From Candidatus Woesebacteria bacterium (GTDB lineage: Bacteria; Patescibacteriota; Microgenomatia; UBA8517): a stretch of 64,000 bases of DNA. Position 1 is the stretch's first letter. The number at the start of each line of letters is the position of its first letter. Positions 51,015-59,682 of the stretch are shown one piece after another. The position numbers were made by a program, and so were the translations under genes. Below the pieces are notes generated by a model that had not been told where the DNA came from, did not search any database, and saw only the letters and a program-made list of their open reading frames with translations. The stretch spans positions 725,310 to 789,309 of the forward strand of contig CP055308.1 of the NCBI GenBank assembly GCA_013374855.1. The letters run 5' to 3'.

Positions 51015-51666
51015 GCGGGCAAACGCCAGTTGATTCCCAAAGCGACTCGTCTATTTCCTGCATCGTTTTTATGTCTAAGTTATTTGCGTCTTTCTCTAAC
51101 ATCTCCCGATACTCTTCATTACTCCTATGACCATTGCGAAGATTACATCCACACTTAAAGGAACTTAAAGGTTTATAATCGGCTCTTTGCATCTTTGCAA
51201 CGGATTGAGGAGAATTGTCGTCATTCTCTTTAGAGACTTTCTGTTGCAAATCTGAATGAGGTTGTTGTGCTTCTGCAACGACGCCTTGCAAATCTGCAAT
51301 ATGTTCTTGCAGGTCAACGATCTTTTTCTCTTTAACAATTTCAGTTAGCTTCTCCCGAATATCAAAATCAACCACATACACCCTCTTGCCTTGTTTTCTC
51401 CAAAAACCAAGCGAGTAGAGCTTGCCTGCGTTTCTGCTCACCTTAGAAGGACTCCAACCTATCAACCAACCGATTTCCCAAAGCGCATACTCAAAGCTTC
51501 CATATACTTCTCCATGACTTTTATCCCAATCAGCAAGGCACGAGTAGCTCAAATCCCACAAGATATACTCCTGATCAGACAACAACTTCCTATGAAGAAG
51601 TAAAAACCTCCCTCTAAAATGACGGTCAAACCCACTTAATCTGTTCATAATCTTTGTTTGTTGCAT
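50980..51666 (-). CDS. hypothetical protein
   Basis: ORF with good coding appearance and no recognisable motif. Confidence 0.3.
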   Translation of the reverse strand: MQQTKIMNRLSGFDRHFRGRFLLLHRKLLSDQEYILWDLSYSCLADWDKSHGEVYGSFEYALWEIGWLIGWSPSKVSRNAGKLYSLGFWRKQGKRVYVVDFDIREKLTEIVKEKKIVDLQEHIADLQGVVAEAQQPHSDLQQKVSKENDDNSPQSVAKMQRADYKPLSSFKCGCNLRNGHRSNEEYREMLEKDANNLDIKTMQEIDESLWESTGVCPHGEELYANNKT

Positions 51667-51677
51667 ACTGATTCTTA

Positions 51678-51977
51678 TTAGACTTTTTCTGAATATAGCC
51701 TCTCTTTCAGGCTTTTAATGACTGTTACTGCCTTACGAAAGTCCACTAAAACCTCTGGAGAGTTTTCCTCCGCAAAATTGAAAGCCCTAAGAATTTCTTG
51801 TCGACTTGGGGAATCTTTCAGAACAAAAACTGATCTATTAGGATTTGAAGAAGGCTGGATTGATATAAGCTCCAAGCCTCGGAGCATCAAAAAAACTGCC
51901 GAGTAGAAGCTACTTGTGTAATACTGATTATCTTTTGATTTTTGACCAGACATAAATACGCCTTTCTCCAGCCACAA
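51678..51977 (-). CDS. hypothetical small protein
   Basis: ORF only. Confidence 0.25.
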   Translation of the reverse strand: MWLEKGVFMSGQKSKDNQYYTSSFYSAVFLMLRGLELISIQPSSNPNRSVFVLKDSPSRQEILRAFNFAEENSPEVLVDFRKAVTVIKSLKERLYSEKV

Positions 51978-52449
51978 AAAAAGGACTGCATTACTACAGC
52001 TACACTGCCATTTCTTGCGTGTTGCTATCGTGCAGTCCGTCTATTGCGTTCGATTATGTCTGAAAACCTCTTGCAGGAAAAAAGAGGATTTGCCCTTGGC
52101 ATTCCGAAGATCCTGCTGCATGCCCTTATTGCGAGTTGCTTTCGTGCGTTCTTGCTTTCCGAGTCCTATCGTTTGCGAATTTCAACTTAAGGCAGTTGTG
52201 CCTTAGTAGCTATATTTTTACAAAATTCCTATCTTCTTGTCAAGAGTTTCTTGATTAAAAATGTAGTAAGAAAGTCTCCAAATTGATACAATATAAGTAT
52301 AAAGCCTAAACCCCTTCTGGGGCATGGCTAAGAAAACCCATCACAGGCGGTAAGCTCCTCGTCAGAGCACCTGTGATGGGTCATATCCCGAAAGGGGTAT
52401 GGGTAGTCGAAAGGCTATCGCTGGCGGGGAGCTTTTTGTTTCCCTTGAT

Positions 52450-52479
52450 TTGACAATCTCCCCCAAGCGAAGTTAATAT
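52450..52479 (+). promoter_or_regulatory. sigma70-like promoter P1 (TTGACA-17/18-TAATAT) upstream of the secreted-protein gene pair
   Basis: GATTTGACAATCTCCCCCAAGCGAAGTTAATATAGCC lies about 20 nt upstream of the ATG at 52498. Confidence 0.4.
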
Positions 52480-52497
52480 AGCCAACCATATCAAAAT

Positions 52498-53166
52498 ATG
52501 ACAATGAAAATAAAAAATAAGGCTCGTATTATCGCTCCGTTTCTGTTTGTTGCCCTCCTGTTATTGGCTGGTGGTCTGTATTGGTATAAGTCATCCCAGG
52601 ACAGGTTTGCTGCTCCTCGTAAAGATGCTCCGATGGTTAAATTTCGAGTTGATAAACAAAATACCCTCATGGCGGTTACTGGCAATCTTGTCTACTACGG
52701 CTTTGTTAAAGATGAGGAAGCACTCAAATATGCTCTGGAATACACCAAAGACAATACTCCTGGTAAGCCTGGGGCAATCAAGGTGGGCAACAACACCATC
52801 GATACCGAGACCGTCTATGATATTTCTCAATCAATGAACGCCTGGGAGATTGCCCGAATTCTTCTTAATGAAGGCACGCCCAGTGTCAGGGATTGCGATC
52901 ATGGTTGTGAAGAATATAACCCCTTTACTCCAGCCCTTCTGCCTGGAGGAGATATTGCTCCTACTTGGCAAGAGCGTATGCGGGCTAAATATAGCTGGGT
53001 AAAAAACTATGATGACTGTCTTAAAGCTATTGGTCATGATGGGGGTCAAGTAACTTCTGAGGAGGCTTCCAAGCGCACTGGTCACCCAAGAGTGTGTAAT
53101 ACAGCAGACGGTCGTTATTTTATTCAAGGAAAAGAAGGCTGGAGTGATTATCCGCCTTACCCGTAA
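52498..53166 (+). CDS. hypothetical exported protein (signal anchor; Cys-containing)
   Basis: MTMKIKNKARIIAPFLFVALLLLAGGLYW signal anchor, and ..CDHGCEEY.. in the body. Confidence 0.4.
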   Translation: MTMKIKNKARIIAPFLFVALLLLAGGLYWYKSSQDRFAAPRKDAPMVKFRVDKQNTLMAVTGNLVYYGFVKDEEALKYALEYTKDNTPGKPGAIKVGNNTIDTETVYDISQSMNAWEIARILLNEGTPSVRDCDHGCEEYNPFTPALLPGGDIAPTWQERMRAKYSWVKNYDDCLKAIGHDGGQVTSEEASKRTGHPRVCNTADGRYFIQGKEGWSDYPPYP

Positions 53167-53179
53167 AGGAGGTGAGAAT

Positions 53180-53890
53180 ATGAAGATAAAAATTGTCATT
53201 GCACTACTGGTTATTGCCATTTTGGGAGGTGTTTTTGTTTGGTCAAGACAAAGTAGCAAGACCGCTTTATTACCATCAAAACAAACAACTGATGTAACAA
53301 CCCAGGAAGAGACGGTTATCCGTAATTTCATGGCAGAGCCTAACCTCAAGCTGTCTTTTGTTAAGACTGATTTACCGTTTCCAAATTACTTCAGGGTCGG
53401 TAAAGTCACTCAGGTAAATGGTGGTGAGAATATGGAGGCGGTAGAGGAGTGGACACGCCAGGTTAATGTTTATCGCCAAAAGGAATTACTTAATGGACAA
53501 TGCTCGGTTTATGAGTATCACATTGATCCCAGAAGTCATTCCTTGGTAGCAGTTGTCGTTGCGGGGTTAAAGCCTAATGAAATTGAGGCATACAAGGTAA
53601 AGGGTATTGAGTGTAAGACCGAGGTTCACAACTTGCCAGAAATATCTAAGGCAGAGGCTGAAAGTGTTGCCATGGAATATCTAAAACGAGTCTTACCCAA
53701 CTTTGACCAAATTAAAGACAGGTTTGTTTATTCCCATGGTAAAACGCACAGTTGGCTGTGGGAGGACAAAAGCTATAAACTGCCAGATGGTCTAGTGGGT
53801 AGACCTTACTCGTATCCCACGATCCGCATATCGGTAGACAACACCAAAAACATTCAGTATTGGAATACCGTCTCGTTATTCCAAAACTAA
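53180..53890 (+). CDS. hypothetical exported protein, N-terminus paralogous to the preceding gene
   Basis: MKIKIVIALLVIAILGGVFVW signal anchor. The track ORF begins at 53144. Confidence 0.4.
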   Translation: MKIKIVIALLVIAILGGVFVWSRQSSKTALLPSKQTTDVTTQEETVIRNFMAEPNLKLSFVKTDLPFPNYFRVGKVTQVNGGENMEAVEEWTRQVNVYRQKELLNGQCSVYEYHIDPRSHSLVAVVVAGLKPNEIEAYKVKGIECKTEVHNLPEISKAEAESVAMEYLKRVLPNFDQIKDRFVYSHGKTHSWLWEDKSYKLPDGLVGRPYSYPTIRISVDNTKNIQYWNTVSLFQN

Positions 53891-53906
53891 GGTCTATCGG
53901 GAGACC
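53891..53906 (+). terminator. short stem-loop after the secreted-protein pair
   Basis: GGTCT-atcgg-GAGACC followed by TTATCATT. Confidence 0.3.
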
Positions 53907-54092
53907 TTATCATTCCTCCCATTCAACGATTTCTTGCCCGCCAGCGGTGAGGAGAGATTTTCTGGCGTGATAGACAGTAGGCTCTGGGAGGTCGGACATT
54001 CCTCCATCTACGAGCGGTAGCATCCGAATTTCTACCCTCAGTAGCCTACCAAGCTGAAACATAAAGAAAAATGGAGAAAATATCAATTCGAT

Positions 54093-54121
54093 TTGACAAT
54101 ATCTTTTAACGAAGTTAAATT
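54093..54121 (+). promoter_or_regulatory. second copy of the promoter-like motif (P2)
   Basis: GATTTGACAATATCTTTTAACGAAGTTAAATTACC shares GATTTGACAAT and CGAAGTTAA blocks with P1 at the same spacing. Confidence 0.3.
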
Positions 54122-54332
54122 ACCACTGGTTTTGACGCTCGAAATACACCCTTTATAAGGGGAAACTCTCCAGGCGAGCCCAATCAAGTATGGAGGTTTT
54201 AGGAGTCCTCCCAGAACCACTGCAGATTACCTCAACAAATCCCCAACGAGGCTGGTGAAGCTGAATAGAGGTAAAAACTATGCCACCCCAGGCACGAAAA
54301 CCCCACAGAAGGCGACACACGGGGCAACGGGG

Positions 54333-55166
54333 TTAATACAACTTAGTATTCCTTCGCAAGACTTCGTCGGCGATTTTCTGCATAAAATGCAGATCTAAAT
54401 CTATGTTAGTATAAAAATCTAAAAGTAGTGGGTAAAACACCTTTTTTGCTTGCCATGACTTCGCTCCACCGCCGTGAGCTACGGCACATCGCACATATTT
54501 ATAAAAACGGTTCACAAATCTTTTAGTCACTTTGTAACCAGCATAGACTGGTGCTCCTGTCTTAACATGCCAACCTGTTCTCTCTCTGACGGTTTTAAGG
54601 GAAACGATTTCGTTTACCAACTCTGTGTCTTTTTTCTTATACCACCCCTCAAAAAATCTCCATAACTGCAAAACTCTATAATCAATCGGTTTGCTTTCAT
54701 CACGAGCCTCTCGATAAAAATGGAGAACACGCCTGGGATTTTTCTTCTTATTTAAGAAATCAAGATTTCTGCAGAATCCGTCGCCTCCGTTAATAACTTG
54801 CGTTTTCTTCCATTCTTCTGCCTCCTCGAAGCTGCCTTCATGCAGTAACCATGTCTTTGAGTTATATTGACAGGTCACAGGGAAAGCAAAATAGGCATAG
54901 GTTTGATATTTAGCTGCGCAGGCGCTCAAAGTCATGAGCGCAAAACCATAAGCCTGTATAAGAATTTCTGATTCTTTAACTTTCCTTTTCTCTAATTCAG
55001 AAACATCCACCGCTAAACCTGAAAGATTCTGAAAACGCTCTGGGGGATTACTGCTGGGGAGATTAGAACTCGAAGTTGGATCGGCAACAAATCTTCCTCC
55101 CTGGAAACTTAGAGTTCCTTGTATACAGAGTCCCGTCCGTAAATTCTTAAAGATAACTTCGCTCAT
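54333..55166 (-). CDS. hypothetical protein with C-terminal R-x4-H motif (possible HEPN-like)
   Basis: ..KYVRCAVAHGGGAK.. It is the last gene of the five-gene cassette. No family assigned. Confidence 0.3.
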   Translation of the reverse strand: MSEVIFKNLRTGLCIQGTLSFQGGRFVADPTSSSNLPSSNPPERFQNLSGLAVDVSELEKRKVKESEILIQAYGFALMTLSACAAKYQTYAYFAFPVTCQYNSKTWLLHEGSFEEAEEWKKTQVINGGDGFCRNLDFLNKKKNPRRVLHFYREARDESKPIDYRVLQLWRFFEGWYKKKDTELVNEIVSLKTVRERTGWHVKTGAPVYAGYKVTKRFVNRFYKYVRCAVAHGGGAKSWQAKKVFYPLLLDFYTNIDLDLHFMQKIADEVLRRNTKLY

Positions 55167-55534
55167 ATTTCCTTTTTATGCTCTGTCAATTTCTGCTCTA
55201 AATCTTTGATAACTTTACCGCTTTGACTAACAAACTTTTTGTAGTAATTCTTGGTTCTGTCTATTACTTGGTGAATAAAAACTGGTTTTCCGTCTCTCCC
55301 TACTCGCTCGCCAATAAGTTGCTCATGATTCCACCTATGATCCTTTGAAAAACTATCCTTGCCCTTTTTCTTTACGCCCAATAAATCGTATGCCTTTATT
55401 GAGTCATGAAGACTAAGTCTCACAAACTTATGCCCGCATTCGAGCAGATGATCTATTCGGCTTCCCCGTCGGGTTGTCGTTTTTATTCTTCTTTCAGCAT
55501 TACAAGCTGAGCAAAAAACCTTAGCCATTTTCAT
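55163..55534 (-). CDS. small zinc-ribbon protein
   Basis: N-terminal CSAC-x19-ECGH (C-x2-C...C-x-H). Confidence 0.35.
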   Translation of the reverse strand: MKMAKVFCSACNAERRIKTTTRRGSRIDHLLECGHKFVRLSLHDSIKAYDLLGVKKKGKDSFSKDHRWNHEQLIGERVGRDGKPVFIHQVIDRTKNYYKKFVSQSGKVIKDLEQKLTEHKKEI

Positions 55535-56405
55535 TTTTGAAAACTCCAGATTGTTGTAACTTACGCACCTCTCCGAGCAGATAGTCTAAGTCCATATAAA
55601 AAGGTATCGATTTTTCCGCTCCAAGGATCAGCGCACCTCCATCAATCACAATCCCTTTGTGACTATCAAAGGTTACCTTACCGCCAGTTGCTATAAAACC
55701 TTGATCAAAATCAATCGTTCCACCACTGGAAGATCTCAAAAAAAGTTTTCCGCCGAATTTTGTATCAATAACATGACCGTCAAGATAATTTTTGATTTCT
55801 ATAATTTGTAACCTGCTGGGAGGAGTGAATTTGAGATGTAGAAAAATGTCTCTGAGGCTACCCCTAACAATTACCTCAGCGCCTTTTGTCTCCACATCCC
55901 AGCTACCAACACTTGCCATAATTTCATTTTCGACAATTTCCAGCGTTTCTCCTTTGACTGACTTGAAATAGGCACTAACCAGCGGAGGTTCGTCCTTATT
56001 TAGTTGTTTTACTGATAAAAGATCTTTTTGATCCGCTTTAAGTAAAACTCCATCGGGAGATATAAATACAATTCCTCCAAGAGCGATCTCCAACGGATAT
56101 TCCATATCTTCAAAAAGATAATGAGGTTTATTACCCTGCTTACAAAAAGGCTTACTGTCAGCAATTTTTATTCGTTTACAGCTTAATCTTTTTCTTGTAG
56201 CATCATCGTGATGTTTTGCACACAAAAGAGTTATTCCTTTGGCATTATGCTTTCTGGCTTCGCTGAAAGGAGGATCGAAGTGTTCGTATTCGCAAAACAG
56301 AGATCCACACAGCACACAGCCATAGCCACACCGTTGCCTTACCTCTCGTTTGACATTAAAAGGTATATCTCTCGATAAACCATATTTATTTACTTTCTTG
56401 GACAT
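55521..56405 (-). CDS. HNH endonuclease domain protein with Gly-rich C-terminal domain of unknown function
   Basis: ..REVRQRCGYGCVLCGSLFCEYEHFDPPFSEARKHNAKGITLLCAKHHD.. is an HNH finger. The track ORF extends to 56525; the internal Met at 56405 is the likely start. Confidence 0.6.
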   Translation of the reverse strand: MSKKVNKYGLSRDIPFNVKREVRQRCGYGCVLCGSLFCEYEHFDPPFSEARKHNAKGITLLCAKHHDDATRKRLSCKRIKIADSKPFCKQGNKPHYLFEDMEYPLEIALGGIVFISPDGVLLKADQKDLLSVKQLNKDEPPLVSAYFKSVKGETLEIVENEIMASVGSWDVETKGAEVIVRGSLRDIFLHLKFTPPSRLQIIEIKNYLDGHVIDTKFGGKLFLRSSSGGTIDFDQGFIATGGKVTFDSHKGIVIDGGALILGAEKSIPFYMDLDYLLGEVRKLQQSGVFKNENG

Positions 56406-57123
56406 ATGCGCTTTTGTGAAAGAGATTTTTAACCAAGCTGTCTGCAAATCCAAAAACTTGAAAAACCATTTCCCTGTCAACAAATCTTTTAGCAAAGCCC
56501 CAAACAATGGGATTATCCTTTGCATCTAAATCAACCTCTTTTACTTCTCTTGTTTTAATATCAAGCCTTTTTACCTTTCTGGCTGCTACATTTTTCGTTA
56601 TTTTCTTGATGTTATAATGCAAATAAGGATTTCTAATTGAGTCTTTGAAGCTAATTAACCTTTTTTCTGTTTCTTTATCAATAACACCTAATTGTTTCGC
56701 CTCATTGATAGCTGGATTAAGCTCCATGCTTTCAATCCTATCCCACTCGCTTTCTTTGTAAGTGTTCCCAAATTTCTTTCTGACAATGGCATGTTTGAGA
56801 GAAAACTCAACTAAAACAGCGCTTAGTGAGATGGCAGCTCCATAAAGTCCGAATAGAATACACTCCCGAATTTCATCATAAAGAAAGCCAATTGTAGGGA
56901 TAGCAATATCTGGCGGAGGAGAGAATTTAGTTATGTTAGCTAAGGCAATGGTTTTTCTTTGGGAAAATATCTTTTCGACAGCTTGTTCAGGAGTCAATCT
57001 TTGGGGTTCGTCAAACTTTATTCCTTGCTTCTGGAGTTCCTTTATTGTTTCTGGCTTGCTGATGATGTGGGTTGCACCCTTAGCCAGTTCAGTTAGAAGA
57101 TCATTTATGTTTTTCATAACCAT
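56386..57123 (-). CDS. DUF4145/HEPN-like protein (tentative)
   Basis: ..YDEIRECILFGLYGAAISLSAVLVEFSLKHAI.. plus ..SIRNPYLHY.. (R-N-x3-H) resemble the DUF4145/HEPN pattern, recalled from memory. Confidence 0.35.
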   Translation of the reverse strand: MVMKNINDLLTELAKGATHIISKPETIKELQKQGIKFDEPQRLTPEQAVEKIFSQRKTIALANITKFSPPPDIAIPTIGFLYDEIRECILFGLYGAAISLSAVLVEFSLKHAIVRKKFGNTYKESEWDRIESMELNPAINEAKQLGVIDKETEKRLISFKDSIRNPYLHYNIKKITKNVAARKVKRLDIKTREVKEVDLDAKDNPIVWGFAKRFVDREMVFQVFGFADSLVKNLFHKSAYVQESK

Positions 57124-57148
57124 TTACAAAATTGCCTTGGTTGTTTAA

Positions 57149-57754
57149 TTAGACACGCAGGAACAATCCCAAAACAATAAGAATTATCCCTATCATAAAT
57201 AAAATCAACTGTCCGTTTTCAATCTTTTGAGCATCCAGGTGTATAAAATTCAGAATTTTGTTTATCTGTTTCTGCCTCTTTTTAAGATCGGCATCATATT
57301 CTTTCTTAAAGCTCTCTGAGTATGAAAGTATTTCTTTTTCTGGGCTGATGTCGAGACGATAAAACTTTTCAAGAAAATCAAGCGCCTGCTTCTGCTGAAA
57401 TAAATTACTGCTTTCCTCTAATTGAATTTCAAATCGCTTTGATTCAAGACCAAAAAACAGTGAAGCTACACCCAATATCAATGACACGCCCAAACCAGCA
57501 AAACCCAGTTTTGTCAGCAGTGAAACATCAAAGTTTCCTTGTAGGGCGACAAAGATAGAAATTGTTCCACCAGAAATGGTAATTAACTGTAGTCTGAAGT
57601 TTTCGGAGTCTTTTAGCAGACTTTTATGTCTCTCAGAAATTCTTTTTAAGTCTTCAGTGACTTTATCCCTAAAATCTGATAGTGCTTTCTCACCATAGGG
57701 CTTCAGAAATTCTTCAAGATCCTTTTTAGGATTAAAGTTTTTTATATCGATCAT
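57149..57754 (-). CDS. three-TM membrane protein with cytoplasmic helical N-domain (possible effector/pore component)
   Basis: TM helices LQLITISGGTISIFVALQG, LGFAGLGVSLILGVASLFF, and C-terminal LILFMIGIILIVLGLFLRV. Confidence 0.4.
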   Translation of the reverse strand: MIDIKNFNPKKDLEEFLKPYGEKALSDFRDKVTEDLKRISERHKSLLKDSENFRLQLITISGGTISIFVALQGNFDVSLLTKLGFAGLGVSLILGVASLFFGLESKRFEIQLEESSNLFQQKQALDFLEKFYRLDISPEKEILSYSESFKKEYDADLKKRQKQINKILNFIHLDAQKIENGQLILFMIGIILIVLGLFLRV

Positions 57755-57822
57755 ACTTATTTTTTACAAAAACTGCCCAATTAAGGGCAGTTAAACCAGT
57801 AATCTTTGAGAGAAGTATCTGA

Positions 57823-59604
57823 TTACACCTCTTTTGTAACCAGAACTTCTTCTCCTAACATGTCAATGACTTTGACTGCCACTTTGGTTGGTTTTTCGCT
57901 TATTTCAAGCTCATATTCGCCCTTAACCAAATCGTTCTGTTTTTCTGGGACATCCGAGAAACCAATCTTGAATACTTCACCGTCATAATTTGTATCAACC
58001 AACACTACATCGATCATTGATCTGAGATCTGGGATTTTTTTCTGCAAAAGTCCTGGTTCAAGCTCTAAGCGTTTAATGATTGTAGGGGAGATAAAGGATG
58101 TGATTTTAATCTTTACTTTGTCTTTGCCTATTCGCTTGATTTCTACTTCCGCTTTTGATGGTTCGTAACTTACAAAATTCTTGTCTTTGAGGTCAAAGAT
58201 AATAAACTGACGCATGCGTTTCTTGGTTCTGGTGTCTTTATAAGGCTGTTTTTTATTCCATTCTTCAATCCAAGCATCTACCTTTGTCTCCCGACCAAGT
58301 GAGATAACCACCACATCTCTATCCTCGTCTGGGCGCTTATTGAGCTCGTCAACGATTAGCTGGAGGTCAAGTAGGGTTAAGGGATGATTAAAATCTATAA
58401 TTTTTACCAGTTCACCACTATCCCGCAAACCGTCAAAGAAAGTGTCCGTCTTAACCTTAGTAATTCCATATTGCTGGATTGCCAGTTCCTTTGCTTCAGT
58501 TTTTAAGATTCTCAAATCGTAGTTATTAACCTTGTAAATGGCGAAGGTAGGATATTTTGTTTCCTTTTGACCCTTGATAATTTTTTGTAGCCTTTTACTT
58601 GTAACCTGAATTGCCCCCTTATTTACATCAACCCCAATCCAGCGTCTGCCCAGTTTTTGAGCAGCAGCACAAGTTGTTCCAGAACCCATAAAACAGTCCA
58701 GAATCAAATCATCTTCATCCGAAGAAGCCAGGATTACTTTTTCCAAAAGCCTTTCTGGCTTTTGAGTTGCATAATCTGTTCTTTCCAAAGCCATCGCATT
58801 TATAGCTGGTATCCTCCACACATCGGTTGGTAGTCTTAAATCGTTTTTAGCTCTGGTAGCTGATTCAACACCCGTAGCCAATCTTCTCAACACTTCTTCT
58901 CCTCGTTTCTCCAAAATATTCTGAGGGTTAAAGGTGAAGTTAGCACTTTTTGTGTAAAACAATATATTATCGTGTTTTTTACCATACTCATTTTTACTTA
59001 CCCCGCCCGTTTCGTAATTCCAAACAATTTCGGCTTTTAACCCATCTTCGCCAAACACTTCGTCCATTAAAACCTTGATGTAATGCACCATCCTATAATC
59101 CAAGTGAACATAAATACTGCCTGTTTCTGCCAGCAATTCTTTCAATAAAATTAACCGCTCATACATAAACTGGAAGTATTCGTCCCTTTTCCAAATATCT
59201 TCATACATTGTCTGCTGAATGATCGATTCGCTGTCTTCTTCGATCCTGCCTAAATCTTTTAATCCCCGCAGTTCAACTTTTCTCATGTAGTCTTTGTTGC
59301 TGGCAAATGGAGGATCGATATAAATAAGGTCAACTTTACCTCTAAATCCAAGTTCTAAGAGTGTTGCTAAAACTTCTTTGTTATCTCCATGAAATAAGAG
59401 ATTGTGCCAATTTTTTTCAAGCTCTTTGTATTCTGGAATTTTGATTATTTTATTTGTCTGTTTTGGATCAAATGCTTCAATTAGCTGTGTCGGGTAACCT
59501 TGAACTTCTTCAATCGGTTTTTTACCAACCCAGTGGAGCATTGGTCTGCCTTTTGGCGTCGTGATTTTTAGCTTTTTAGCGCTATCTTTCATACCCTTTG
59601 ACAA
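57823..59604 (-). CDS. mod: Type III restriction-modification DNA methyltransferase (Mod), beta-class N6-adenine/N4-cytosine MTase
   Basis: Motif IV DPPF (LIYIDPPFASNKDY) precedes motif I (LDCFMGSGTTCAAAQ), with a variable region between, as in Type III Mod. Confidence 0.8.
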   Translation of the reverse strand: MSKGMKDSAKKLKITTPKGRPMLHWVGKKPIEEVQGYPTQLIEAFDPKQTNKIIKIPEYKELEKNWHNLLFHGDNKEVLATLLELGFRGKVDLIYIDPPFASNKDYMRKVELRGLKDLGRIEEDSESIIQQTMYEDIWKRDEYFQFMYERLILLKELLAETGSIYVHLDYRMVHYIKVLMDEVFGEDGLKAEIVWNYETGGVSKNEYGKKHDNILFYTKSANFTFNPQNILEKRGEEVLRRLATGVESATRAKNDLRLPTDVWRIPAINAMALERTDYATQKPERLLEKVILASSDEDDLILDCFMGSGTTCAAAQKLGRRWIGVDVNKGAIQVTSKRLQKIIKGQKETKYPTFAIYKVNNYDLRILKTEAKELAIQQYGITKVKTDTFFDGLRDSGELVKIIDFNHPLTLLDLQLIVDELNKRPDEDRDVVVISLGRETKVDAWIEEWNKKQPYKDTRTKKRMRQFIIFDLKDKNFVSYEPSKAEVEIKRIGKDKVKIKITSFISPTIIKRLELEPGLLQKKIPDLRSMIDVVLVDTNYDGEVFKIGFSDVPEKQNDLVKGEYELEISEKPTKVAVKVIDMLGEEVLVTKEV

Positions 59605-59682
59605 AACTGTTAATAAATGTTATTATAATTATGCTGAAAACTGGAGCGAGAGCGTGATGCCTCAAACCAGTTTTTTTGCATT

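Noticed and set aside
52300-52440. Hammerhead or other small self-cleaving ribozyme in the island intergenic hairpin cluster
   Set aside because: GAAA loops are present, but the conserved CUGAUGA...GAAAC core arrangement is not.
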